A DNA stretch of 64,000 bases, taken from a virus. Lineage: Duplodnaviria; Caudoviricetes. The notes under the pieces were generated by a model that was not told the origin of the DNA, made no database searches, and worked only from the letters and a program-made list of their open reading frames with translations. The stretch's first letter is position 1. Every line of letters begins with the position of its first letter. Where the stretch lies: the IMG/VR virus record IMGVR_UViG_3300037504_000149. One strand, written 5' to 3'. Both the position numbers and the translations under genes were made by a program. This document shows, one piece after another, positions 19,089-28,597 of the stretch.

Positions 19089-19958
19089 ATGCGTGTTGAT
19101 AAGAAAAAGGAAAAGGTACTCACACACTTAGAGGATATTTTATCGGCGCTGAAGAATGACCCGGCGGCGCTGAAGCGCTTGTCGTGGATTAAACCGTGGA
19201 GTAACCCACCCCGTAACTTGGCCGGGCGTCAATATAACGGTGGTAATGTACATATTCTGAACTTTGCCTCCGTCGTTAGTAGTTATAAGCATAATAGGTG
19301 GGGAACGTTCAATCAATATAAGAAGTATGGGGCCAGCATTATTAAGGGCTCCAGTGCGACGCCTATCTATTACTATAATGTAAAGAAATACACTAAAGAA
19401 GATGAGAATGGAGAGGAAAAGGAATATACTTATTATGTGTTTAAGTATTTTAATCTTTTCAATATCGCACAAACGACATTGGAGATTGAGCGGCTCCCCG
19501 GCGTCGAGTATAAAGAAGTAGAATATACCACACCGGAACGAATCCGGAGGGGATATTGTGACAATGGCGGCCCGGAGTATCAGGAATCCGGTGACCGTGC
19601 CTTTTATCGGCCCGGAGGGGATTTAGTCTGCTTGCCGCCCCGCGAAACATTCCATTCATCAGCGGAGTATGCCAGTACGCTATATCATGAACTGGTGCAT
19701 AGCACCGGGCATGAAAAGCGGCTGGACCGGGGATTTAGCTTGTCTCGGGGCGGGGAAGGGTACGCCCTAGAGGAACTGGTCGCAGAGACTGGAGCGCTAA
19801 TCCTTTGTGACCGGAGCGGTATTAACCCGGACGTGAATAACTTCAAGGCGTATATTGCTAGCTGGCTTCAGGCGGTAAAATCTGACCAGCGTTACAAAAC
19901 TTTCTCCGCATTGTCACAAGCGGAGAAGGCCGTTGACTACATTCTAGGGGAAAGGTAG
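19089..19958 (+). CDS. ardC: ArdC-like antirestriction/ssDNA-binding protein with zincin domain
   Basis: WIKPW, RQYNGGN, WGTFNQ, FNLFNIAQ, AFYRP, HELVHSTGH..RLDR, YALEELVAE, AYIASW. Confidence 0.9.
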   Translation: MRVDKKKEKVLTHLEDILSALKNDPAALKRLSWIKPWSNPPRNLAGRQYNGGNVHILNFASVVSSYKHNRWGTFNQYKKYGASIIKGSSATPIYYYNVKKYTKEDENGEEKEYTYYVFKYFNLFNIAQTTLEIERLPGVEYKEVEYTTPERIRRGYCDNGGPEYQESGDRAFYRPGGDLVCLPPRETFHSSAEYASTLYHELVHSTGHEKRLDRGFSLSRGGEGYALEELVAETGALILCDRSGINPDVNNFKAYIASWLQAVKSDQRYKTFSALSQAEKAVDYILGER

Positions 19959-20039
19959 ACTTTCCCCTTGACATTATAGAGCATTTTATGGTACTATTGC
20001 CTTAGAAGATTGAAAAACAAAACAAGGGAAGGGGAAAAC

Positions 20040-20612
20040 ATGGCCACGGGAAACTTTCACTATCATACGAATTTGTGTTATGCTTTGCCTGATGACGGTC
20101 CAAACGTATTAGAAGATGCGTTAGATCGTATAAAGGTCGAAGCGGCCCGTATGGGGTTGACGCTGGAAAAGTACCTAGCACCGGAAAAATTCGATACAAA
20201 ATCATACGGTCGGCACTATTATACTCACCTTGCTGAGTATAGTGTAGAACAGCCGTATTATGGCGGGTTCATTACTGTTTCTGCTGGTATTGGCGTCCGT
20301 GCTGGATACTATACTGGTGGATGCTATGACTGCTGCATTATTGCAGAGTTTTACGGCAGTAAGATAGCTGATAGTCACTACGATGACTCCTATACGGATG
20401 TAGATGAGATTGAGGAACTTTTGCTAGAATGTAGCGATGTACCAAAGGGTTTTATTCAGCACGCTGCAATTAAGGTGCGGGATAAAGCCGATGAACTGAT
20501 TGATGAGGTAGAAGATACGACAAACCGCTTACTCGCTGCCGCTGCTGAAGTGAAACTGGCTTGTCTAGGCTCGGCCAGTAACGGCGAGACGTTTTATCGG
20601 AAGGTGGATTAG
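20040..20612 (+). CDS. acidic phage hypothetical protein
   Basis: Own promoter (TTGACA 19968); MATGNF...SNGETFY. Confidence 0.7.
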   Translation: MATGNFHYHTNLCYALPDDGPNVLEDALDRIKVEAARMGLTLEKYLAPEKFDTKSYGRHYYTHLAEYSVEQPYYGGFITVSAGIGVRAGYYTGGCYDCCIIAEFYGSKIADSHYDDSYTDVDEIEELLLECSDVPKGFIQHAAIKVRDKADELIDEVEDTTNRLLAAAAEVKLACLGSASNGETFYRKVD

Positions 20613-20723
20613 GTTAGATAGGGGAAAGCATATGCTTTCCCCTTGACTTTCACGTTGTCTTATGGTACAGTTGTCTTAGAAGATTAAACAACGCCCCGTC
20701 GGGGCATAACTGGGAGGGAAAAG

Positions 20724-21353
20724 ATGAAACTGTACAAGCGTAACGGCAAGATGTACCTTGCCGTCGAAGGACAAGAGATTGAGATAGCCGACATTCGAGA
20801 CGCTGTTAAGGCGCTCGGCGGTACGGTCGAAACGTCAACCTATCGCAAAGTCGAGCTGTTTCATGATTACGATTGTCCTAATCCGCTGGAGGGTGATTCG
20901 GAAGTTTTCATCTATCATAAGCGGAATCGAGAGTTTGAAGTCGGTCAAGATATTGAAGCGGCTGGCGGCTTCGAGGGCGTCCGAGAAGCGCATCCCGATG
21001 CTGTTATCGCGCCCCTGTACGCATACGTGCATTCTGGCGTGTGCTTCAGTACCAAGTACACCTATCCTTTCACTTGTCAATGGGATGCTGGATTGACGGG
21101 TTGCATCGTCGGTCCGAGTAAAGAAGCGATTCTTGGCGCTATCGAGGAATTGAATCATTATGTAGCAGGGAACTGCTACGGATATGAGGTGCAAGATGAA
21201 TGGGGTGAGGTGCTGGATTGTTGTGGCGGTTTCTGGGGATATATCGACGACGAACTTTTGAAGGAATATGCGATGGCGCATTGCCCCGACCCGGAGAACA
21301 TGGACGTTGTTTTTAGCGACCCCTTCGGCCGAGAAGAGAAGGTTGAGTGGTAG
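20724..21353 (+). CDS. conserved mobile-element hypothetical protein
   Basis: LYAYVHSGV...CQWDAG..G and CCGGFWG motifs; own promoter (20643) and hairpin. Confidence 0.7.
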   Translation: MKLYKRNGKMYLAVEGQEIEIADIRDAVKALGGTVETSTYRKVELFHDYDCPNPLEGDSEVFIYHKRNREFEVGQDIEAAGGFEGVREAHPDAVIAPLYAYVHSGVCFSTKYTYPFTCQWDAGLTGCIVGPSKEAILGAIEELNHYVAGNCYGYEVQDEWGEVLDCCGGFWGYIDDELLKEYAMAHCPDPENMDVVFSDPFGREEKVEW

Positions 21354-21463
21354 GTAGGATAGGGGAAAGCATATGCTTTCCCCTTGACTTTACCGTTATC
21401 TTGTGGTATACTTGAGGCAACGTAGCATTGAGAGTAACGTTACATCAAAGGGAAGGAAAAAAG

Positions 21464-21610
21464 ATGATTATGTCACTGAAGATGCGTGCGGAGGCCGCCG
21501 AGAAAAAGGCCGCCGAGTATGCGGCTCGCGATCAGAATGAGGCCAGTGCGGAAATGCACCGCCGCGCCGAGGCTATCCGACGCCGGATGGACCGGGAAGC
21601 GGGGAGGTAA
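21464..21610 (+). CDS. small helical protein
   Basis: Promoter at about 21384, RBS, ATG. Confidence 0.5.
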   Translation: MIMSLKMRAEAAEKKAAEYAARDQNEASAEMHRRAEAIRRRMDREAGR

Positions 21611-21612
21611 AG

Positions 21613-22089
21613 ATGCCTTGCACCGAATGTCAAAAAGGACAGTGTGAATGGTATGACGCTGTTATGAGCGGCCTTGCTACGCATTCCGACTTTCCGTTTA
21701 TGGACGCTCGCGGGCGCTGTCTACGCAATGCTGACCCCGATGAACTGTTGCGCCGGGGGATCGACCCGGTATACGATGAATGCTCGGAGTACGAATATGT
21801 CCCCCACGATTGGGAATATCCTGATGGCATGGGGACGCAGGTCCGTGTCCGCTGTTACGATAACGGTGGGCAGACTGTTGACCGGTATACTATTCTGTAT
21901 CAGTATATCGGTGATAAGCATATACTTAACCCGGTATGGGCATTGGCAGTCGGCGCTACGCCGCGTCACTTTTGTCAGCATACCGCTGCCGTTGCGGGTG
22001 ATCACTTGGGCAATCCTATTGCCTTTGATGACCTGCCCGAATCGGTCCAGCGGGCGGCGCTGAAGGATACGCTGAAGGATACCAAGTAA
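21613..22089 (+). CDS. phage hypothetical protein
   Basis: YDNGGQTVDRYTI motif; GGAGG RBS. Confidence 0.65.
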   Translation: MPCTECQKGQCEWYDAVMSGLATHSDFPFMDARGRCLRNADPDELLRRGIDPVYDECSEYEYVPHDWEYPDGMGTQVRVRCYDNGGQTVDRYTILYQYIGDKHILNPVWALAVGATPRHFCQHTAAVAGDHLGNPIAFDDLPESVQRAALKDTLKDTK

Positions 22090-22106
22090 CGATATGGCGG
22101 TCCTCT

Positions 22107-22721
22107 ATGGGCCGCCTTAACTATTCTTTTACAGAAAGGATAACAATGTTTACCGACTTCAACGATATATTCGATAACTACCAAGAGGACGACTTGTGGT
22201 TGGATCCGGTAGATGAGAATGAGATATATTTCGGTACGCTGATCAATACGTTTCCGGGCACTGAAGCGGTGGTACATCAGCTTGATGCGGCGTCACACTT
22301 GGGATATATTCAGTATCAGAATACTGAGAAGGAAGTATTCTTTAGTATTGCTACTCTGAAGGAATTGGTCCCTGTGGACAATTTCTCTGGAGAAGATGAA
22401 TGGAAAGAAGAGCTAGAGGATACCTTGAAGGTGTGGGGTGGCCGCATTGACGGCGATGAAGTCTACCTTGTATTGCGAGCGTATGACGTTATTTATACGC
22501 CGCTGGAGCGAATCAAAGAGAAGTTGGATGCCGGGATGTATTCCGCAGAGCGGCTTGAATTTTGGTGCTGGCAAGCCTATAGTGTTGCCACCGTTGACGG
22601 GTGGGTTAGCATCCGTAACGGCCGGTTCAAGCATTCTCGACAAGAGATGATGCAGGAACTGGTGGACATTATCGAAGGTCGCGTTACGCTTGATGATATG
22701 CGGCATGGGGAACGAAACTAA
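22107..22721 (+). CDS. acidic hypothetical protein
   Basis: ORF track; the start may be the ATG at about 22146. Confidence 0.65.
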   Translation: MGRLNYSFTERITMFTDFNDIFDNYQEDDLWLDPVDENEIYFGTLINTFPGTEAVVHQLDAASHLGYIQYQNTEKEVFFSIATLKELVPVDNFSGEDEWKEELEDTLKVWGGRIDGDEVYLVLRAYDVIYTPLERIKEKLDAGMYSAERLEFWCWQAYSVATVDGWVSIRNGRFKHSRQEMMQELVDIIEGRVTLDDMRHGERN

Positions 22722-22759
22722 AAGGATGAGTATGACATTACTTACAAGAAAGGATAGCA

Positions 22760-23038
22760 ATGGGTATCAGTAATTATATGGATAACCGCGAGAAGTGGCT
22801 TAAAAACCTTAAAGCCGGTTCGCTAGTTTGGTGCGCCGAGCTGGGCCGAGGCGGATGCTGGAAGGCTCAGATTAACGATGTTACAGAGCGTACTATTGAA
22901 GTGCAAGCCGATGCGTGGCGTACTGTCGTAGTGGACAGACAGACTGGAATGCAACGTGACGGCACGTTGCGTATCTACCAAAGTATGCCACGTAACATTA
23001 TGAGCCCAGTACAGGAAGTGCGGGCTAAATCATACTAA
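22760..23038 (+). CDS. hypothetical beta-barrel-like protein
   Basis: AAGGA RBS, 92 aa. Confidence 0.6.
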   Translation: MGISNYMDNREKWLKNLKAGSLVWCAELGRGGCWKAQINDVTERTIEVQADAWRTVVVDRQTGMQRDGTLRIYQSMPRNIMSPVQEVRAKSY

Positions 23039-23054
23039 ACACAGGGAGATAGTT

Positions 23055-23477
23055 ATGAGTGCGTACATGGTCAGTCCGACGACGATTGAGAATATCTTGG
23101 GGTACTTCGAAAGTAAGCTACCTGATACGGTTAAAGATGTGCTAAGTGAGTATGATTTGGGACTTAGTTGGAGACGACTAGGTCGTGAGTTGGTAGCTAT
23201 GAATGCCCGTGCTATTATGGCGCGGTATGATGAAGACCCGTTAGGTAAAGATTGGCAGAGTTGGATGCCTGCACCTGACATATACGATAATCTACGGCCT
23301 AATACTGCCGTGACGCAGATACAGGCGGTTAAATCACTAAAGTGCTACTTGTATCAGTGTAGTGAGGGTGATGTACCTAAAGAGAAGTTGTATAATATGC
23401 TAAAGAAGATAGAGGGCGCGACAATTCGCGCAATTGTCGAGAATTCACAAGAATATCAAGATGCAGATTGGGGATAG
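23055..23477 (+). CDS. conserved phage hypothetical protein
   Basis: MSAYMVS...ARY...CYLYQCSE motif. Confidence 0.7.
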   Translation: MSAYMVSPTTIENILGYFESKLPDTVKDVLSEYDLGLSWRRLGRELVAMNARAIMARYDEDPLGKDWQSWMPAPDIYDNLRPNTAVTQIQAVKSLKCYLYQCSEGDVPKEKLYNMLKKIEGATIRAIVENSQEYQDADWG

Positions 23478-23559
23478 ATGAGCTTACTAGGTTACATTGG
23501 GTTAACAGTGCTTATAGGTATAACTTGCTGGATTTACCAGTACAGTTTGGAGGTTAAAG

Positions 23560-24075
23560 ATGAGTAACATTATTAACGTAGTAAACAAACCTAACATTTA
23601 CCTAGTTGGCATTACGTTAGGAACGGGAGATTATTTTACGCATAGCGGTAGGTATGCGGAAATCGGAGACCTGAAGCAATACCGTCAGTCTTTACTTGAC
23701 GATTACCATAATGGAGCTACTTATTTAACGTACATTTATAGTGTAGATACTTTGGCAACGATCCCCCGTCATTACTATACCGGACCCTATCTTATTCAGT
23801 CAGTCGAAGATTTAGAGGATAACTTGGATTATCTGATGGGATTGGGTATGGTATGGGGCAAGTATGGTAGTGACTTTCTACTGATGGAGAGCGACGAGAA
23901 TGCCGAAGCATGGGCTGACGCGACGGCCCTTCGCATATCTGATGAATCGCCGTATGACGACGATACTAAAGAGCTGCTACGGGAAGTGCTGTCTAATGCT
24001 CTGCTTAATAATCCTGGGCAGCTTATGCGGTTGATTGGGACTGAGATTATTGAAGAGAATTACTTTAATGAGTAA
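23560..24075 (+). CDS. acidic hypothetical protein
   Basis: GGAGG RBS. Confidence 0.65.
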   Translation: MSNIINVVNKPNIYLVGITLGTGDYFTHSGRYAEIGDLKQYRQSLLDDYHNGATYLTYIYSVDTLATIPRHYYTGPYLIQSVEDLEDNLDYLMGLGMVWGKYGSDFLLMESDENAEAWADATALRISDESPYDDDTKELLREVLSNALLNNPGQLMRLIGTEIIEENYFNE

Positions 24076-24151
24076 CTTTACACTTGACAACCTACCATAC
24101 TCTATGGTAGAATATGGGTAGAAACGATAAACAAAGGAAGGGGAAAGGGAT

Positions 24152-24646
24152 ATGGCTTGCAGATATACCAAGAAAGGTAAAGAGCTATTCGGCAAACACA
24201 TTCGCCGCTCGCTAGATGCTGCGAAGGTGCCCGTGCCACGTTACAACGTCATTCATGGCATCGTGAACGGCGATAGTGACAGTGGCGTCATTGCGGCATT
24301 GAGTAATGGCGTCCAGTGGCAGGTGACTAACTGCCCCGAAGACTTCGAGGAAGGTACACTGGACGATTACGTCCAGCTTCTGGAGTACGCTAAGGATAAC
24401 ATCGCCGCTGTTACCTATCTGGCGGAAATGCTGGATGTATACTTGGGCGATGAAGTGTGCTTGGTGCCGTCACATCAGACGATACATGCTATCACGCACT
24501 ATGGTATAGGGTACTACAGAACCTGGGCCGAGGAAAATCAGGCTCGGGAGTGGGTAAAGGGAACTGTTAGTGAGTATGCCCATTTACTGCGTACTTATAT
24601 GCAGCCTGAGCTTGTGGAGTACCTTATAGATTCACTTAAGCGATAA
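24152..24646 (+). CDS. hypothetical protein
   Basis: Promoter TTGACA at 24084 and RBS. Confidence 0.7.
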   Translation: MACRYTKKGKELFGKHIRRSLDAAKVPVPRYNVIHGIVNGDSDSGVIAALSNGVQWQVTNCPEDFEEGTLDDYVQLLEYAKDNIAAVTYLAEMLDVYLGDEVCLVPSHQTIHAITHYGIGYYRTWAEENQAREWVKGTVSEYAHLLRTYMQPELVEYLIDSLKR

Positions 24647-24665
24647 CTGTCTAGGAGGCGTTACT

Positions 24666-25001
24666 ATGAGTCGGTATTACCGTATGAGTTTCGAGATCAC
24701 GGGGCATGACGATAAGAAGCAGGAAGCGATCTGCTCCGTTGTGAGCGATGCCTACGGCATCGATATGTTCCCTGATGGTAAGGGAATCTACGGTAGCGGG
24801 GAGTATACTCTCGCTGGTGGACAGACTGAGGATGAGTTCGCTCAGGAGGCTACGCTGCTGGTATGGAAGGCCAACGGCAAGCCTTGCCGAGTAAGTATTA
24901 TGCAGTATTATTTGGAAGACCCGCCGTGTACACTATATGAATACACTGAGGACGATGGGGCTATGCTGTCCTTGTATAAAGCCCAACAGAAGGAGAGTTG
25001 A
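24666..25001 (+). CDS. hypothetical protein
   Basis: AGGAGG RBS. Confidence 0.7.
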   Translation: MSRYYRMSFEITGHDDKKQEAICSVVSDAYGIDMFPDGKGIYGSGEYTLAGGQTEDEFAQEATLLVWKANGKPCRVSIMQYYLEDPPCTLYEYTEDDGAMLSLYKAQQKES

Positions 25002-25002
25002 T

Positions 25003-25380
25003 ATGATTCATATCTTACCTATTAAGTTTGTGTGGTATAACACTACGTCGCATGGGTACTGTTGGACTACCGATGAAGGATACCCTAATGGGTATCAAGT
25101 GTGCCAAAACACTATCGCAGGTATCCGCGACATCGTTTTAGAAGACCCCGACATCACATGCAATCGCGGCATGGACCCACTGTTGGACAAAGTATTTTGC
25201 CCTGATTGTCTTGATGATTTTCTGCCTCACGTTTTACCGGATATGTGCGCTGATACCGGATTACGGAACGTACTGGAATCCGTTTCAGCAAGTTATAAGG
25301 TTGTCATTCACTTGGCCGCTGATGAAATTGTTATCACAGTGGGGGAACTTCAGGACGAGATGGCTGAGACAGAAAGTTGA
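25003..25380 (+). CDS. hypothetical protein
   Basis: ATG after an AGGAG RBS within ORF 24937-25380. Confidence 0.55.
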   Translation: MIHILPIKFVWYNTTSHGYCWTTDEGYPNGYQVCQNTIAGIRDIVLEDPDITCNRGMDPLLDKVFCPDCLDDFLPHVLPDMCADTGLRNVLESVSASYKVVIHLAADEIVITVGELQDEMAETES

Positions 25381-25409
25381 CTTTACGATGAATGACTGCT
25401 ATACTGTTT

Positions 25410-25570
25410 ACGGTATCCGCTAGGTTCCCCTTCCCTACCTGGCGGCGGGCGCAGGGGACGAGATGCCCTGTCGGGTGCGCCGTATCTACCCGAGACCTAA
25501 ATACGGTAGCGACCTGTCGCGCTGAGTCGGCAGGAAGTATGGGGGAGTGGCCCTCCCCACTCCCCCTAAA
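25410..25570 (+). ncRNA. candidate structured RNA or leader with two consecutive pseudoknots
   Basis: Promoter TTGACT-N17-TATACT at 25377-25405; pairings listed under findings. Confidence 0.5.
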
Positions 25571-25592
25571 CTTTCCTAAAGGAGATGTATGT

Positions 25593-26801
25593 ATGACTGT
25601 TAAGCAGTTAAAGAAGATTTTGGATACGCTGAAAAAGTTCTATATGTGGTATAATTGCGGATATTACGCGCTTACGTATACGCGGGTTGAGGTTACGCCG
25701 CTAGGCACAATTTTCGACTTCCTACACAAGGATCGTAGGTTGCGAATTATTACAGAAGAAGAGACGCCGCAGGAACATTGTGGTGAGGTGTACCTTGATG
25801 AAGAGCGTACTAAAACGCTTAAACGGTTGCTTACCAAGAAGTCTACTAAGGATGGCATTACACTAAGTATTAGTAATGATAAGCTAGTGGTAGCTTTCAA
25901 AAAAGGCGATTATAAATTTTCATCTACGCCACCTAAAGATACAAGCGGTTTTGAGGATGTGATAAGTGCATGGAGTAATGCTGCGCACTATGAGCGGGTG
26001 AGCTTGTCTGGTGCGGAGTGGTATAATGAGGTTACACGCATAGGTAAAGTGTGTGCGAAGGACAATGAAAATCGCGAAAAGCTACACTATGTGTACACGC
26101 ATTATTGGGATGGTAAGTTGCGTCTTGGTGCTGTTGATGGACACCGTTTAGTTGACAAGATTTATCGTCCTTTTGCTACAGTTGACACTGCTGATGCTTA
26201 CTTGCACAAGAACGATGTGGCGCTTATCGGAACTGTGTGTAAGAAAGCTGATAGCGTAGATATATGTTATCAGATGAATAGCAGTAAACAAGAAGGAAAC
26301 CGTGATTATGTACTGCGTACATACTATGATGGTATTACTACGTTGGTGTACGGTCCCGCCGCAGAGATAGAGGCACCGTACTGGCAAGAGTTTAAGCAGT
26401 CGCAGACAGGATGGTATGAGGCGCTCCTTGTGGAAGGTGAACGTCTATACACTACAATTGACTTAGCACGTATGGAAGCTGCGTTGAAGCACGTTATACC
26501 ATTGGCGCGTATGAACAGCGATAATAGGGTTAAGTTGACACTGGGTTGTGACATTACGGTGTCTACAAGATCGTGGAATGATGACGTAGCTACCTATACT
26601 ATAGAACATAATAGTAAAGACCTAGGAGCGCGAGTAGTCTACATTAACGGTGTAGAATTACTTGAGCAAGTACAGTTTCTAAAAGTGTTGGGGTTTGAAA
26701 CGACTGAATTGTCTGTTAAAGATGGAGATGAGTCGTTAACTGCGGTAGTCCTAGAGGTGCCGGATTGCGTGTTTTTACAACTGCCTATGCGGGCACCCTA
26801 A
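25593..26801 (+). CDS. divergent DNA sliding clamp (DnaN beta)-like protein
   Basis: LGAVDGHRL, YINGVELLE and terminal LQLPMR echo the beta-clamp motifs ATDGHRL, FN..YL and LIMPMR; about 400 aa. Confidence 0.55.
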   Translation: MTVKQLKKILDTLKKFYMWYNCGYYALTYTRVEVTPLGTIFDFLHKDRRLRIITEEETPQEHCGEVYLDEERTKTLKRLLTKKSTKDGITLSISNDKLVVAFKKGDYKFSSTPPKDTSGFEDVISAWSNAAHYERVSLSGAEWYNEVTRIGKVCAKDNENREKLHYVYTHYWDGKLRLGAVDGHRLVDKIYRPFATVDTADAYLHKNDVALIGTVCKKADSVDICYQMNSSKQEGNRDYVLRTYYDGITTLVYGPAAEIEAPYWQEFKQSQTGWYEALLVEGERLYTTIDLARMEAALKHVIPLARMNSDNRVKLTLGCDITVSTRSWNDDVATYTIEHNSKDLGARVVYINGVELLEQVQFLKVLGFETTELSVKDGDESLTAVVLEVPDCVFLQLPMRAP

Positions 26802-26863
26802 AAACTTGACATTTACCTTATCGTGTGGTATTATAGAGTTGACCTACTAAGGAAGGGAAGGTT

Positions 26864-27520
26864 ATGGGCCAGGAAGAGTTACTAAACTACATTGAAGATG
26901 TCAAGACGGACATCGAGGCTACTCTGCAGAAAGAGTATGACGCCGTAGTGGAACGTTACACCGAGCGGGAATTCGCCACCCCGCCTGATTGGGGTGCGGG
27001 CAATCCTACGCTGCTCGAAACGTCTTGTTACGACCAGCACGTTTATGAGGCGATGCGGCACGCCCCGAAGGGCATTTACATTCTCGATGCCAACCTGAAC
27101 ACGGAGTATTCGTTCCAGTTTCCGGCATTAGAGTTGCCGAGTTATAACCTGATTACTGAGGTACTGTCTAGCGCAGTGGTACGTCAGATTATCAAAAACA
27201 TCGCGGATTTTGATGTGGACTTTTACGCACTAGAGGACGGTGTGCCGCTATTCACTCAGTACGAAACTTGCCCTATCATGGCATACCGCATCGATCCGGT
27301 TCCGGAGTACGATCACTATACTTTGGAAAACTTTCATCATGCGTATCTCGTTCGTCACGACGGGGTGTGGAGTGTTTTTTGTAAGAATGGTAAAGTACGT
27401 GCCTTGGCGGCGTATCAGCAAGGTCTGCTGCGTCTGCTTGAAGTAGAGGACTTTGACACGGCGATGGGTGAATTCGTTGAGTCGATGGATACCAAGATCG
27501 ACTACACTAAACTTGCTTAG
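26864..27520 (+). CDS. hypothetical protein
   Basis: Promoter TTGACA at 26806 and RBS. Confidence 0.7.
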   Translation: MGQEELLNYIEDVKTDIEATLQKEYDAVVERYTEREFATPPDWGAGNPTLLETSCYDQHVYEAMRHAPKGIYILDANLNTEYSFQFPALELPSYNLITEVLSSAVVRQIIKNIADFDVDFYALEDGVPLFTQYETCPIMAYRIDPVPEYDHYTLENFHHAYLVRHDGVWSVFCKNGKVRALAAYQQGLLRLLEVEDFDTAMGEFVESMDTKIDYTKLA

Positions 27521-27530
27521 GAAGGTAGTT

Positions 27531-27785
27531 ATGCCGAAGTATAAACTGGAAATACCTTATCTGGAGTTGTGGTACTGTACGGCTATTGTTGAGGCGGATT
27601 CCGCCGAAGATGCTGTACAGAAATATAACGAGAGTCTAACTGGATCCCCGCGTACAGATGACCCGGATGGGAGTGAGTTTGTGGAAACTCTGGGAGTGGC
27701 GGAAGATCAACCTTTCTATGCTCAAGAAGTTGAAGAGCATACGACTTATGAACCTATTGGAGAGAGTGTGCGTATAGACCTCTAA
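27531..27785 (+). CDS. small acidic protein (VEADSAEDA motif, DpnD/PcfM-like)
   Basis: MPKYK...IVEADSAEDAVQK; paralogue of 30738-31118. Confidence 0.55.
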   Translation: MPKYKLEIPYLELWYCTAIVEADSAEDAVQKYNESLTGSPRTDDPDGSEFVETLGVAEDQPFYAQEVEEHTTYEPIGESVRIDL

Positions 27786-27802
27786 AGGAGGGAAGGATTA
27801 CG

Positions 27803-27988
27803 ATGGAAGTTATTCGAGGCAAGTACGGTGAGGCTATTGGGTACAGGGAGCGCTGCGGTTCACGTATTTATCTACGTGACGAAGCAGGACAAACCCTCGG
27901 ATACTACGACGAGGGTATGGATCGAACGTATGACAATGTTGGCATGGAAGTTGGTCAGGGTAACATCCTGTCTAGCCTTCTGCCGTAG
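27803..27988 (+). CDS. small conserved phage protein
   Basis: LRDEAGQTLGYYD...VGQGNILSSLL; AGGAGG RBS. Confidence 0.65.
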   Translation: MEVIRGKYGEAIGYRERCGSRIYLRDEAGQTLGYYDEGMDRTYDNVGMEVGQGNILSSLLP

Positions 27989-28129
27989 AGGACTTTTCCT
28001 AGTTAGTCCTAAAATAAACTAGGTGGTGGACCTCCGCATGAATGCGGTTTGCCCCTTGCCACCCCTCGATCTTTGTGGCAGTGTCCCGTCGAAGCGAGGG
28101 ATAGACGGGAACAACTATACAGAGGGAAT

Positions 28130-28597
28130 ATGAGAATTACTATTATAGATGATATGATTAGTCGTTTAGAGCAGTTTGAAGAAAACTTACCTAAAGGACA
28201 TACCGTTCGTACACCTTTGGACCTAGAAATTGCAGAGGTTACAAAGGGGTGTATTGAAAATACTTTAATGTGTGGAGAAGTTTTACTAGAGGAAGGTTGT
28301 GATGTATTATATTTAGATCATGACTTCGGACCGGATACTTTACAAGGCGCGTATGGCGGTGTCACGTCAGGTACTGGAATGGATTTATTGCAAGGGATTA
28401 TAAAAAACTTGCTGCCCTGCCCTACTTGTGCTATAATTGTACATAGCGCAAACGTTCCGGCAGCGATTCAAATGGTTGCTAAGGCGCAGGTGCTTGATAT
28501 TCCAGTAGTTAAAATGTGGGCACCATGGGCTGTTAAAGGTTGTAAATTAACTTCTGTTATCAACGAGGATAATAATGATAATATGGGAACTACCTGA
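28130..28597 (+). CDS. cyclic-phosphate-processing receiver-like domain protein
   Basis: LYLDHDFG, TGMDLL and IIVHSAN motifs. Confidence 0.7.
   Translation: MRITIIDDMISRLEQFEENLPKGHTVRTPLDLEIAEVTKGCIENTLMCGEVLLEEGCDVLYLDHDFGPDTLQGAYGGVTSGTGMDLLQGIIKNLLPCPTCAIIVHSANVPAAIQMVAKAQVLDIPVVKMWAPWAVKGCKLTSVINEDNNDNMGTT

Noticed and set aside
25470-25510. Purine riboswitch or pistol/HDV ribozyme
   Set aside because: Only a partial TCTACC...TAAAT resemblance; other conserved elements and topology are missing
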